DNA from: Macrostomum lignano
Taxonomy: Eukaryota
Length of the DNA stretch: 64,000 nucleotides
Direction of reading: 5' to 3'
Assembly (NCBI GenBank): GCA_002269645.1
Contig: NIVC01002382.1
Span: 17,614-81,613 of the forward strand
Part shown: one piece after another, positions 14,512 through 27,584 of the stretch
How positions within the stretch are numbered: position 1 is the stretch's first letter
Layout of the letters: every line of letters begins with the position of its first letter
The notes under the pieces: generated by a model
Databases searched by the model: none
What the model saw: only the letters and a program-made list of their open reading frames with translations
What the model was told of the DNA's origin: nothing
Made by a program: the position numbers and the translations under genes

Positions 14512-16847
14512 ATGAGCTACAAGGAGCGCGAGCACTTGAACCGGCTGATTATCAGCCAGCTATACTATGATGGCCACCAGTCCATAGCCGTGAAGCTCAA
14601 CAGCCTGGTGAATGACAAATCCGTGCCCTGCGGCCCGTCCAGCCGCCTGCTGAACCTGGTCCGCACCGGCCTGTCCCTGGAGGAGGAGGAGAAAGAGAAA
14701 GCCATGCACGATGCCAATGCTGTTGAACCGGGCACCGGTATCGATTTGGAAATCGAGTCCGAGACCGTAGCCAAGTCGCCTGAGGCTGCTCTGTACGAAA
14801 CCTGTTACGTCACTTCGCACAAAGCGCCGTGCCGTTCGGCCGCCTTCAGCCCGAGCGGCCAGCTGGTCTGCACGGGATCCACCGATGCCAGCATTAAAAT
14901 CTTGGACATTGAACGGATGCTGCTGAAAGGCATGGGCGGAGACGACGGCTCCAGCGAGTCGCACCCGGTGATTCGCACTCTGTACGATCACACGGAGGAG
15001 GTCACCTGTCTGGAGTTCCACCCGGATCCGCGGCTCACCCTGCTGGCCTCCGCGTCCAAGGACTACTATGTGAAACTGTTCGACTATTCCAATCCGTCTG
15101 TGAAGAAAGCGCAGAGAAGTCTGAGAGAGGCTTCACCGGTTAGTTTGCCCGCCCGTTGCTGGGGGGTTGTTGCTTTTTGCAAGCAAGCTGCAAGATCCTT
15201 ATTGTCAAATAGCCTCTAACTGTTTGTTTGCAATAAGTTCGAACTTGTAAAGTTTCGAGCTTGCGATAATCCGAGCTTGTGATAATCCGAGCTTGTGATA
15301 ATCCAACCTTGTGATAATCCAACCTTGTGATAATCCAACCTTGTGATAATCCAACCTTGTGATAATCCAACCTTGTGATAATCCAACCTTGTGATAATCC
15401 AACCTTGTGATAATCCAACTTGTGATAATCCAACTTGTGATAATCCAACCTTGTGATAATCCAACCTTGTGATAATCCAACCTTGTGATAATCCAACCTG
15501 CGATAATCCGAGCTTGTAAAATAGTATCAAGGTCAAGCTCTAATTAGCAGTTTTAAGGTCCCCTTAATCAATGACAAAGTTTTGTTAATATGAAACAAAA
15601 GATCCGTTAGAAATCCTGAGAAAGGCGTGAAAACAACTTTTCGAACTCGACTTCTGAGATGCTTCTGAAAGCGCTTCGTCCCGTGCGGCTTCCATTGGCA
15701 GGTTCGAACCTTCTGCTTTCACCCAAGCGGCAACTACATGATTGTCGGCTGCGACCAGCCAACCCTGCGCGTTTACGACGTGTCCACTGGCCAGTGCTTT
15801 GTGAGCTGCAATCCCAACGATCAGCACACTCGGGCGCTCACCATGCTGCGCTGGGCCGGCTCCGGCCAGTACTACTGCTCAGCGTCCAAGGACGGCTGTC
15901 TGAAACTCTGGGACGGCGTCTCCGGCCGTTGCGTGGCCAATTTTGAACGGGCCCACGATGGATACGAAGTCTGCTCCGCTGTGTTCTCCAGGAATGGTGG
16001 GAGATGGCTCACTTTTGTGTGTTAAACTCCCAGCTTCCCAGATCCTCAGTTGCTGGGCCAGCCTTCCAGATCCCTAGTTGCTGGGCCAGCCTTCCAGATC
16101 CCTAGTTGCTGGGCCAGCCTTCCAGATCCCTAGTTGCTGGGCCAGCCTTCCAGATCCCTAGTTGCTGGGCCAGCCTTCCAGATCCCTAGTTGCTGGGCCA
16201 GCCTTCCAGATCCCTAGTTGCTGGGCCAGCCTTCCAGATCCTCAGTTGCTGGGCCAGCCCCCCAGATCCTCAGTTGCTGGGCCAGCCTCCCAGATCCTCA
16301 CTTGCTGGGCCAGCCTCTCAGATCCTCAGTTGCTGGGCCAGCCTCTCAGATCCTCAGTTGCTGGGCCAGCCTCCCAGATCCTCAATTGCTGAGCCAGCCT
16401 CCCAAATCCTCAATTGCTGAGCCAGCCTCCCAGATCCTCAGTTGCTGGGCTACGAGGAGCCAAAGCAGAGTATTAAAACTCAGTTTATCCTGCTCCCACG
16501 CAGGCAAGTACATCCTCAGCTCCGGCAAGGACTCACAGGTGAAGCTGTGGGAGCTGAGCACTGGCCGGCCCCTCATCACCTACACGGGAGCCGGGGCCAG
16601 TGGCCGGCAGAGCCATCGAACCAACGCTGTGTTCAACCACACTGAGGACTTCGTGATGTTCCCGGACGAGGCCACCAAGTCGCTCTGCTGCTGGGATTCT
16701 CGGAGCGCCGATCGCCAGAGACTGCTGGCCCTGTCGCACAACGGAGTGGTCCGGTTTATGACTCACTCCACCACCATGCCCGCCTTTATCAGCTGCTCGG
16801 ACGATCATAGGGCTCGATTCTGGTACAAGAAGGCCCTGACCGAGTGA
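14512..16847 (+). CDS. CSTF1: Cleavage stimulation factor 50 kDa subunit; exons 14512-15138, 15702-15996, 16504-16847
   Basis: [10 protein letters not shown] dimerisation motif, [24 protein letters not shown]40 repeats ending RARFWY; in-frame GT-AG joins. Confidence 0.95.
15255..15515. repeat. 16-bp minisatellite (CCAACCTTGTGATAAT)n in CSTF1 intron 1
   Basis: Tandem units. Confidence 0.9.
16030..16450. repeat. 28-bp minisatellite (CCCAGATCCTCAGTTGCTGGGCCAGCCT)n in CSTF1 intron 2
   Basis: About 15 units. Confidence 0.9.
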
Positions 16848-17508
16848 TTGATGATCTCGTTTGAATTCAACCGGTTCTAAACGTTTTCTTGTACATCGTT
16901 TGTCAATTATATATTTACAAAACTGTTCTGTTTGTGCTCGCATAATTAAAACTGACAGTCTCTTTGCACTACTGAATAAAGAAGGCAGTTAGTAGTACAA
17001 TTAGTTATATAATAAACGACTTAAGTTACGGAAGTAATTTTCTTTTCGTACTACTAAAACGGTTTGCAACAGTAGTATAATTAATTGGTTAACCATTTTC
17101 GTTTAATTTTTTTAAAGTACGAGTACTCTGCACATAGCGACTATAAATAAACAAAACAAGTAATAATTCTTTGTCTGTGCTGTCGCATTTGTCTGTCGCC
17201 ACGAATTTAAATGCGCGAAAGCTGTTGTTGAATTGCTTTTGTTATTGTTTGTTTATTATTGCTTGCAGAAGAAAAGTTAAAATATCAGTGGCAGTTGGCA
17301 CCGGTCGCCGATCTCGCGGTTGAATTGTCAATTAAAATACTTATTTTCGCTGTATCTAAATGTGAACAAAAAAGATAAATTTGAGAGTGCAAATACATCC
17401 ATCAAGCAATTGAAATGAAATATGAATAAGCGATTTAAAAGTACTAAATGTACTTTAAACGGGATGAGTAACAGGAATCAATAGGTTTGCTGTTTGCACA
17501 TTCCGAAT

Positions 17509-18008
17509 TCAGTTGATTGATTCACTGCACGTGAACTTCCGAGCTGGCAGGCGGCCGACCAGATAGTTGGCCAGCTGCTGCCTGGCGGCTCCGCTGTGCC
17601 CGGTGTCCTTGAATGCCTCCGTGCAGTCCGCGCCGGCGTTCTCTAGCAGCACTTCCGCTCCACCCGGGTGCTGTTGAGTTTTTTAATTCAAAGAAAATAA
17701 TTTTAATCTTTGTGCTACTTAAGCTACTTTAAGTAGATTAAATGCGTAATGAGAAAATTTCCTAATTCAAAGAGATCTACAAACCTGCTTGAGAAATTCG
17801 GTCACGTCGTACACCAGATTGTCGATCACTATCCAGCAGCTTTCGCTGTTGGCATGCCAACTGACCTGCTCGCGGCTGTAGACTGGCAGATCGTCTATCG
17901 CCGCAGTCGCCGCAGTCTCCGCTGCCGATGCCACCGCCTCGGACGCGGAAGCGACACTGTTGGCCTTCTCCACAACTAGAATCGTAGAAACGCAATAGCA
18001 AGTCTCCA
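17509..18008 (-). CDS. Cytochrome b5-like heme-binding protein; exons 18008-17785, 17670-17509
   Basis: YSREQVSWH...CWIVIDNLVYDVTEFLKQ|HPGGAEVLLENAGADCTEAFKDTGHS; both axial His motifs present; 114-nt GT-AG intron. Confidence 0.9.
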
Positions 18009-18084
18009 TGGACGAATTGGATTCGAATTTTACTGGGTTTGCTTCGGAAAAGCTTCCAGGCGTTTTCAATAGAAGACACGGGAG

Positions 18085-18330
18085 TGAATATATAAATGCG
18101 TTGGCGTATTTAAAGGGTCGCCTTTTGTCTGCTTTCGGACTGGATAAATCTGGCCAGCACAGAACAGCATGCGGCCAGACTGTGCCCCGCCTGCTGACTG
18201 GTTCGCAGACGGAATCTTCTGTCCTAGCCGGTTCAGCTCGTCTTATCGACTCCGCTGGGGCGGGACACGCCTACCGCGTATAAATAAGATCACGTGACCT
18301 GAAGGCCGCGCGCCCGCCACCCTAAACTAG
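18085..18330 (-). promoter_or_regulatory. Possible promoter of the cytochrome b5 gene
   Basis: GC-rich patch with GTCACGTGA E-box, GC boxes (CCCGCCCC, GGCGGGGC) and TTTAAATA/TATATA upstream of the ATG; motif-only evidence. Confidence 0.3.
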
Positions 18331-18889
18331 GCATGTACACACGCACATGTACGTGCAGGCGAGCCAGTTGGACAATAAAACGAAATGGGACTACAGTTGA
18401 ACAGCTTTTTCAAAGCACTAACAAAGGTCGATTTAATTACACCAAGGCGCTATTTAACAGCTGGCATTTTGATTGAATTCTCTCAATAATAATTATTTAT
18501 ACTACTAACTTTATTACTGTATTTATTGAACTCCTGACAAAATAGAGTGGCATTGATAATCTCTATACAAGCTAGTCATTAAACCACAGAAATACATTAA
18601 ATATATGCATAAGCAAACAATGATTTGAAATGTGCAAAATGGTTAGGCGGACAAAAGTGAGCAGAAAAACTCGCTTTTATTTTAGCTATCTATACTACTC
18701 GAACATATTCTCTAAGGAAATGCAATGCGCTACATAGGTCACATTCTACTTTTTATAGCCTGGGGAAATAAATGATATTAAGCGGCCATTCCGGAATGCA
18801 GGTTGCCCCAATATTGACAAAAACGATCATAAATTACGTGTAAAAATGCTGAGATAACCTGCAAATTCTCCCAACTTATCTGTCAGCAA

Positions 18890-19785
18890 TATTACCAATC
18901 ACTTGTCACTAATATTACCAATCACCTGTCACTAATATTACCAATCACCTGTCACTAATATTACCAATCACTTGTCACTAATATTACCAATCACTTGTCA
19001 CTAATATTACCAATCACCTGTCACTAATATTACCAATCACCTGTCACTAATATTACCAATCACTTGTCACTAATATTACCAATCACCTGTCACTGATATT
19101 ACCAATCACTTGTCACTAATATTACCAATCACCTGTCACTGATATTACCAATCACTTGTCACTAATATTACCAATCACCTGTCACTAATATTACCAATCA
19201 CCTGTCACTAATATTACCAATCACCTGTCACTGATATTACCAATCACCTGTCACTGATATTACCAATCACCTGTCACTGATATTACCAATCACCTGTCAC
19301 CAATATTACCAATCACCTGTCACTGATATTACCAATCACCTGTCACTGATATTACCAATCACCTGTCACTGATATTACCAATCACCTGTCACTGATATTA
19401 CCAATCACCTGTCACCAATATTACCAATCACCTGTCACCAATATTACCAATCACCTGTCACTGATATTACAAATCACCTGTCACTGATATTACAAATCAC
19501 CTGTCACTGATATTACCAATCACCTGTCACTGATATTACCAATCACCTGTCACCAATATTACCAATCACCTGTCACTGATATTACCAATCACCTGTCACC
19601 AATATTACCAATCACCTGTCACCAATATTACCAATCACCTGTCACTAATATTACCAATCACCTGTCACTGATATTACCAATCACCTGTCACTAATATTAC
19701 CAATCACCTGTCACTGATATTACCAATCACCTGTCACTGATATTACCAATCACCTGTCACTGATATTACCAATCACCTGTCACTA
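18890..19785. repeat. 23-bp minisatellite (AATATTACCAATCACCTGTCACT)n
   Basis: About 38 units between cytochrome b5 and CHP. Confidence 0.95.
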
Positions 19786-20637
19786 ACAGTCACAGAATTT
19801 AAGAGCATAAAGTGCAAAAAAACAATCGATAACAGAAGCAGCAGACATAGGATTAGCATGCGTTATTAATAAAAAATAGAAAAAAGTTTTCCTTTAAACT
19901 GAGACTCTTGAAATATAACAGAAATATACATAAATAATATTAATGAGTAAACAATGGCGCATGTAAATTTGCTTCAGTTGGGAGTGAATGCTAAAAACAT
20001 ACAACAAACTACAATTATGTGGGCAAGGCTGAACAGGAGGATAGGTGCATCTTACAAGAGCAGAAAATAATATGGAAAACATTTATATTAGTCAGAGTAT
20101 CAGATATACTTCGGGAGACAAAGACGGCACGGGGCTCGCGCGCAAATAAACTGATTCAGCTGCAAAGTGAATTAATCTACTTTTAGTACTTAGAATAGCA
20201 ATTAGTTAAATTTTTTTAATCCCACAAGTAAATAAAAATCTAATCTGATCTTTAAGTTTAACGAAATAATTTGGAAGCCGATTTTTTTCTGTTTAAAAAA
20301 CTGGTTTCGAACAAACGTTATAGTCCATTTCGAAAATTGTGTTAAAATCGATCGGCCTTTAAAAAAAACCAGTTCTAAAATTAGCCTACGAAAGCCCCGT
20401 TTTAAAAATCGGCCTTCAAAATCCTGTTTTACAATAGGGCTTTAAAACAATTTTTAAATGGGCTTCGAAAAAACAGTCTTAAACTCGGCCTTCAAAAACC
20501 AGTTTTTTTTTTAAATCAATCTTTAAAAATCGTTTTCGACCTCGGCTTTTAAAAAGCATGAATAATTTTTAAAAAATCGGCCTCCAAATTTTCTCAACTG
20601 TTTGGATTAGTGATAAACTAAGCTACTAATCCGATAG

Positions 20638-22117
20638 TCAGCTCAGAAAGCAAATAGACAGCTGGTGGTCGGAAACATTTCGCATCGCGTGCTCAAACGC
20701 GGGAAAATCGATGGAATCGATCTGTCCACCTGACGGCATCTCGGCGACTCCGTTGGCGGCCGCGTAGTCCAGCGCGGCCTCGTGAACAATCCGCCTGGCG
20801 ATGGACAGCACCTGATCTGGCCGGCCGTGCCTGCCAAGCAGCTCCTCCAGCATCCGGTGCACCTCATCAACGCTGATCACGCCGTCCCGATCCAGATCGT
20901 ACATGTCGAATAGGAATCGCAGTTTCGCTTCCCGACGATTAATTGAAGTTGGCCGGCCCTCGTCCACCGGCCGGAATGTGGCCAGAAACTTCACAAACTC
21001 TAGAAAGTTGATCTCATTCCGATCGCGGAAGAATGCGTCAAGCAGGAACTGGCTGACCGGGTTCACGTACAGCTCCGGGATGCGCTCCAGGTCCTCGCGG
21101 CGCAGGCTGCCCTCGCTCTGCTTGTCCAGTGCGATGAAACGGCTGTAGAGACGCTGGAGCTGCTCTTTGCTTACTGCCGATGGCGGGGCGGGGAGTGGCG
21201 AGAGAGAGGTGGAATGTGAGGTGGAATGTGAGGTGGAGTGTGGGGTGGAGTGAGGTGGAGTGAGGTGGAGTGAGGTGAAGTGTAGGGTAGAGTGTGAGGT
21301 GGAGAGTGAGGTGGAGTGTGAGGTGGAGTGTAGGATGGAGTGTACGGTGTGTGAAATGGAGCAGGAGGTAGTGTCAGTACCAGGTAGTGTCAGAGTGTCA
21401 GGTAGAGTGTCAGGTAGTGTCAGGTAATGTCAGGTAGTGTCAGAGTGTCAGGTAGAGTGTCAGGTAGAGTGTCAGGTAGTGTCAGTTAGAGTATCAGAGT
21501 TTCAGGTAGAGTGTCAGGTAGTGTCAGGTAGTGTCAGCGTGTCAGGTAGAATGTCAGGTAGAGTGTCAGGTAGTGTCAGGTAGAGTGTCAGGTAGTGTCA
21601 GGTAGAGTGTCAGGTAGTGTCAGTTAGAGTATCAGAGTGTCAGGTAGAGTGTCAGGTAGTGTCAGTTGGAGTGTCAGGTAGTGTCAGGTAGTGTCAGTTG
21701 GAGTGTCAGGTAGAGTGTCAGAGTGTCAGGTAGAGTGTCAGGTAGTGTCAGTTGGAGTGTCAGGTAGAGTGTCAGGTAGTGTCAGTTGGAGTGTCAGGTA
21801 GAGTGTCAGAGTGTCAGGTAGAGTGTCAGGTAGTGTCAGTTGGAGTGTTAGGTAGAGTGTCAGAGTGTCAGGTAGAGTGCCAGGTAGTACCAGAAAGAGT
21901 GTCAGGTAGTACCAGGTAGGTGTCAGGTAGAGTGTCAGGTAGTGTCAGGTAGAGGGTCAGCTAGTGTCAGGTAGAGGGTCAGGTAGACTACCAGTTAGTG
22001 CTCAAGGTAAAGATAAAATTGCACAGAAAGGCCGCATAAGCACAACTCACAGCCGGTCTCCTCTTGTATATCCTTGATCTGGTTCTCATCCGGAATAAGA
22101 GACGACACGGAGCCCAT
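20638..22117 (-). CDS. CHP1: Calcineurin B homologous protein (EF-hand); exons 22117-22051, 21173-20638
   Basis: MGSVSSLIPDENQIKDIQEETG|LSKEQLQRLYSRFIALDK...INFLEF...REAKLRFLFDMYDLDRDGVIS; N-myristoylation-type MGS start. Confidence 0.88.
21205..21990. repeat. 10-12-bp simple repeats (GTGGAGTGTGAG)n then (GTAGAGTGTCAG/GTAGTGTCAG)n in the CHP intron
   Basis: Direct reading. Confidence 0.9.
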
Positions 22118-23034
22118 TGGAGACGGTCAGGCGAGCAGAAATGATAAATATGAATATGAATAGCATGGATTTTGCAGAGGAATCTATTGAGTACAAAGCT
22201 TTAGTAAAAATGATTATAAAGCTATTAGAAATGAGTAAATTTCAACACGGAGAATCTGTGCAACATAAAAAAGCGGAATCTAGTCTCCGATTTTGTCAAT
22301 CAAATATATTTATTAAATTTATAAAAATTTGAAAACAACAAGACTGAAAACCTGTCTGAGCAGCATCGTACTCGTACCTATTTAAGATAATTATGAAACT
22401 CCATGAGAAATAAAAAAACTTAATGCTGACTAGAGTCGGACAAAAATCTTTGCCGATTGATCGATAAAAAAATGATTTAAAATGATAAAAAATGACAGGA
22501 AGATAATCACACATTCTTAATACTACAAGTAGTGCGTGTAAAATAGAGAGCTCTTAGGTGTTAGGCAAGCAAAAGCGGAGCCACAAAAATCCAAACAGAT
22601 TGAATTCAAATTTTCCTTAATAGCAGCATAGTCGCCATGAAGGTGCCATGAGGGTGCACCCTGTTCAATAACATCATTAGAAAAGACAACAGTCCGTGAA
22701 ATACACTCACCAATATTTACTACTGACAGCAACAACTTGAGTATATAAATCACTAATAGAGTATAAAACTATTATTAAGCAACTCTAAACTAAGATGACA
22801 GAATTGCCAAAAAACTTATAAAGCGTACCAGAACAATGAGAAAGAATGAGTAGGTTTCGTTGTTAGAACTGAGTATTTGACTTGTGAAACCGGGGATGGC
22901 ATCCGTCAGGCTTGACGATATCTTGTGTAGAATTATGTAATTTATTGACTGAGTGAATCTGTAAATCATGTGGCGGACTGCGGACCAAACAGAGGAGGCC
23001 AAAAGAGGAGAGTTGACAAGTCGGAAGAAGAGAC

Positions 23035-23590
23035 GAGGAGAGATGAAAGGAGGGGAGGTGGAGAGAGAGAAGATGAGATAAAGGGAGAGAGAAGAAATGA
23101 AGGGAGAGAGAAGAGGAGATAAATGGAGAGGGAGAAGAGGGGCTGAAAGGAGAAAGAGGAGATGAAGGGAGTGGAGGAGATGAAGGGAGTGGAGGAGATG
23201 AAGGGAGAAGAGATGAGGGAAGGGGAAGAGATGAAGGGAGTAGAGAAGATGTAGGGAGTGGAGGAGATGAAGGGAGGGGAGGAGATGAAGGAAGGGGAGG
23301 AGATGAAGGGAGGGGAGGAGATGAAGGGAGGGGAGGAGATGAAGGGAGGGGAGGAGATGAAGGGAGGGGAGGAGATGAAGAGAGTAGAGGAGATGTAGGG
23401 AGTGGAGGAGATGGAGGGAGTGGAGGAGATGAAGGGAGGGGAGAAGATGAAGGGAGGGGAGGAGATGGAGAGAGTGGAGGAGATGTAGGGAGTGGAGGAG
23501 ATGGAGGGAGTGGTGGAGATGGAGGGAGTGGAGGAGATGAAGGGAGTAGAGGAGACGAAGGGAGGGGAGGAGATGAGGGGAAGGGAGATG
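23035..23590. repeat. Purine-rich 18-bp repeat (GGAGGAGATGAAGGGAGK)n
   Basis: Direct reading; lies downstream of the SLC43-like stop. Confidence 0.85.
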
Positions 23591-23703
23591 AAGAAGTGTA
23601 AAAGCTTGGATGCAGACAAGAATCCCATCCGAAATAACAGGCAACAACAAGATGCAGAAAGCGGGCAAGCCACGGCGGATAAGCTAATTGCTATGCATCG
23701 CCG

Positions 23704-26260
23704 CTAGCTTCTCTGTCCGACGCCGCCTCCACCATTGTCGTCGTTAATCGCATCCCTGGAGTCGTTCTCGCCGGCGTCTTCATCAGCAGGCGCAGCGGCG
23801 GCGGGCCCAGCCGGGCAGGCCAGCAGCTGGCAGGGGTGCAGAGCGGCCAGGCCAGCCAGGGCGGCGCCCACAGCATATGCGGGCCGGTGATCGTCCAGCC
23901 TGAGAGACAGGCGCAGCAGGGGATACTGCAGCCAGGCAAATCCGGCCCCGGACAGGCTCACTAATCCGTACAGCCGGCCGAACTGTCCGGCCGGGAATGC
24001 ATCCAACAGTAGGCAGGGGAGCAGGGCGAATAGCAGAGAACGGTAGGCGACTAGTAAGGCGAATTGCGGAACCAGAGGCAGCGGCGGCGAGGCCAGGCCG
24101 AGGCAGCAGACGGCGCAGCCGGTGCCGCACTGGGCAAGCAGCGGCCAGGCCAGGCTCCGGGGCGCCGGCCGCGGTCCGAGACGGCGAGCCGCCCGCAGGC
24201 CGAGGGCGACGGCGAATGCGGCTGGCAAGCCGGCGAACATGAGCGCGCCGAGCAGGCTGAGCTGCCTGACATTGGGGCGGGGAAAGGAAATAATAATAAT
24301 TAATAAATCAACTCTCATTTAACAGCATTCATCTGTCACTCCTCAGTTAACAGCATTCATCTGTCACTCCTCAGTTAACAGCATTCATCTGTCACTCCTC
24401 AGTTAACAGCATTCATCTGTCACTCCTCAGTTAACAGCATTCATCTGTCACTCCTCAGTTAACAGCATTCATCTGTCACTCCTCAGTTAACAGCATTCAT
24501 CTGTCACTCCTCAGTTAACAGCATTTATCTGTCACTTCTCATTTAACAGCATTCATCTGTCACTCCTCAGTTAACAGCATTCATCTGTCACTCCTCAGTT
24601 AACAGCATTCATCTGTCACTCCTCAGTTAACAGCATTCATCTATCACTCCTCAGTTAACAGCATTCATCTGTCACTCCTCAGTTAAAAGCATTCATCTGT
24701 CACTCCTCAGTTAACAGCATTCATCTGTCACTCCTCAGTTAACAGCATTCATCTGTCACTCCTCAGTTAACAGCATTCATTGATCTGTCACTCCTCAGTT
24801 AACAGCATTCATCTGTCACTCCTCAGTTAACAGCATTCATCTGTCACTCCTCAGTTAACAGCATTCATCTGTCACTCCTCAGTTAACAGCATTCATTGAT
24901 CTGTCACTCCTCAGTTAACAGCATTCATCTTGATCTATCACTCCTCAGTTAACAGTATTCATCTTGATCTATCACTCCCCATTTAACAGCATTAATCTTG
25001 ATCTATCACTCCTCAGTTAACAGCATTCATCTTGATCTATCACTCCTCAGTTAACAGCATTCATCTTGATCTATCACTCCTCAGTTAACAGCATTCATCT
25101 TGATCTATCACTCCTCAGTTAACAGCATTAATCTTGATCTATCACTCCTCAGTTAACAGCATTAATCTTGATCTATCACTCCTCAGTTAACAGCATTAAT
25201 CTTGATCTATCACTCCTCATTAAACAGCAATGGGAAAATTCCCTCAGCAATTTTATCCTTTCTTCCTTCTTAGCAAGCAGTTTTCTTAGAAAGTTTCCCA
25301 GGCTGACAACCTTCATTCTCAAACGCACCTGTAAGCTTCTCCAGGCACCCCGTTAGCAGCCAACTGAGCCAGCAGCGGAGCGTGCGACAGGCACAGCAAA
25401 AACACCAACAGGGAGGCCATTGCCCAGGCCAGATGGCTGATGTACAGCCGACTGCAAAGGGTCATAGCCAGAGTCGGTTCACTGGAGAAGCCAGCTGAAG
25501 CGGCAGTAGAGTTGCAGCCACCAGCCGCTGTCCGGGGCGGCCTGGGATCGAGCCTGGCTAACAGGCCAGTCAGACAGAGGCTTATTATTGCAACAGCAGC
25601 GCCCAGACTGACAAAGGCGGCGGCTCGATAGCGGCTGGACTGTGCCGGACCGCCTGCGGCCAGGCACAGATTCAGCACCAGAGTTGGCACAAGGGCGCTG
25701 GAATCGAACGCGCCAGACACTGAGCACACTAATAAGCTGGAGCCGCGGCGCATCAAGCCGCCGATGGATAGACAGGTTACCATGGAGACGGCGCTGGAGA
25801 CACCCCAGAGGATGGCGCCGGCGTAGAGAGCGGCGTTGCCGGCTGGCGACGGAGCGGCCAGGCCGAAGCAGAGGCAGCAGGCCAGGGCGGCCGCGGCGCC
25901 AGCCAGGCGGCAGGGCAGGCGGCCCAGCCGGTCCAGCAGGAGGCCGGCAACAAAGCAGGCCACCATGTGGACGCCAACACCGATCGAGTGCACCAGAGCG
26001 AATCTGGCCTCGCCTTCGGCCGGGCAAGCCGCCTCTGCTTCAACCGTCTGCACAGCCGCCACAACCGCATCGCTGACTGTGGCGTTGCAGCCAAAAAAGC
26101 CTTCGCGTTGTAGAATAGCCTGCCAGCTGGGCAAATTGACAAAGAAGCCGCTATAGATGAGAGTCTCGCCGACTGCTAAACTGGCGCATAGGATGGCAGC
26201 GCCAGGCTTCAGCTGGTACTGCTGCTGCTGCTGTTGATGATGCCGTTGTCTCACCAGCAA
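23704..26260 (-). CDS. SLC43 (LAT3/4, SLC43A3)-like MFS transporter; exons ~26260-25329, 24265-23704; true start unresolved
   Basis: SGFFVNLPSWQAILQREGFFGC...EARFALVHSIG...AGLLLDRLG...SGAFDSSALV...FPAGQFGRLYGLV...QYPL; phase-2 GT-AG join. Confidence 0.75.
24315..25225. repeat. 28-bp minisatellite (CAGTTAACAGCATTCATCTGTCACTCCT)n with a 32-bp variant block
   Basis: Fills most of the SLC43-like intron. Confidence 0.95.
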
Positions 26261-27584
26261 TCAGATACGTGTTATAAAGATTTACAATAAAAACGATAGT
26301 TACCCTACTTATAGTAGCTTTTTGCAGTCAGGTAGGGTTTTACGACAAAAACGCTGTTTACCCTACTGACAGTAGTTTTCGACAATCTAGTAATGTTTTA
26401 CACTAAAATACGCTATTTACCCTACTTATAGTAGATTTTCAACAATTCAAAAAGCGCTACTTATTTCGAAAATTATATAAAATTTAACACGAAAACGTTT
26501 CCTATTCCTATAACATGTTTCTCTTGGCAAATCTACGGGAAAATTTACCCTTACATGCAACGACTGATACAATAGCAAAAAACGCTATATAACCTACTTG
26601 CAGTAGATTTCGTCAACTAAATAAACTAAGCAATTTAAACACTTATTTTCTTATCCAAATTTGAAAATTATCTAAGCTAGGCCTCGGATTTCTGTCCGCC
26701 AATTCGACTAACAGGTTTTGGGGCGAGGTAGAAATAACAGACAGGTGCCAGTTTAGAAACTGTTATCGAGGAGACAGCCTCAACCTATGTATAAGGCTAT
26801 GCTCTCAAATGCAGTCAAATCATAGTAGATTTCTCACTGGCATGACGTACAGATCTCTAGAGAAATTCCAGACTTAGCCTCGCCCTAAAAATGTCTGCTA
26901 TTAAAAAATAAGCTTGCATCACAAAGCAAATAAAAAAGACTTGACAAATCTGCTGGCAAAAATTGATCAAACAATTTGTACGTGTCAATACAATATGCGC
27001 TTATAATTAGATAAAAAGAAACCAGACAATATGCAAGACACTTGCAAATAAAAATCAACAAAGTAGTTAAATAGATTAATATAAAAATTATTATAAACAA
27101 GAATAGCAGACGGCACAGCTATTAGTCCGCGTTGCAGCGGCAAATGTGGATGAATTTCATTGGAAAAAATCACAGTTAAAAATGGCTCAATTAAACTTAA
27201 TAAACACCATTAGATATGACTCTTTCATATCTTTTGAACTACTCAAAATTTAAAATATATATTATAATAAAATGTTACAAAAATGTAGAAGGAACTACAG
27301 ATCAACAGATTTGTTGTACATTAAATCCCATAATTTAATTCAACTTGCATGCCTAAAACAGTACAGGCTATAATAGAAGCAAACAGTAAAACTTTACTAA
27401 ACTCGTATTGGCCTCTGCAATGCTAAGAAGGGAATGTAAGTTTAAAGCAGCGACACCTGTCTAATATTGAGAAAAATCTATATTATCAATAGCGAAAGCA
27501 TGCAACCATAACTAGTGGAGTAGGGAATGTCTAACTAGAAATACTGACAGTAAGTACTTGCATTAGGCTTATATGGACTGGCGC

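Noticed and set aside
22790-23673. 292-aa and 235-aa Leu/Ser/His-rich ORFs
   Set aside because: Antisense readings of an 18-bp purine repeat
26715-26890. Small element with inverted ends TTTTGGGGCGAGG / CCTCGCCCTAAAA
   Set aside because: Short, imperfect arms and no TSD; insufficient support
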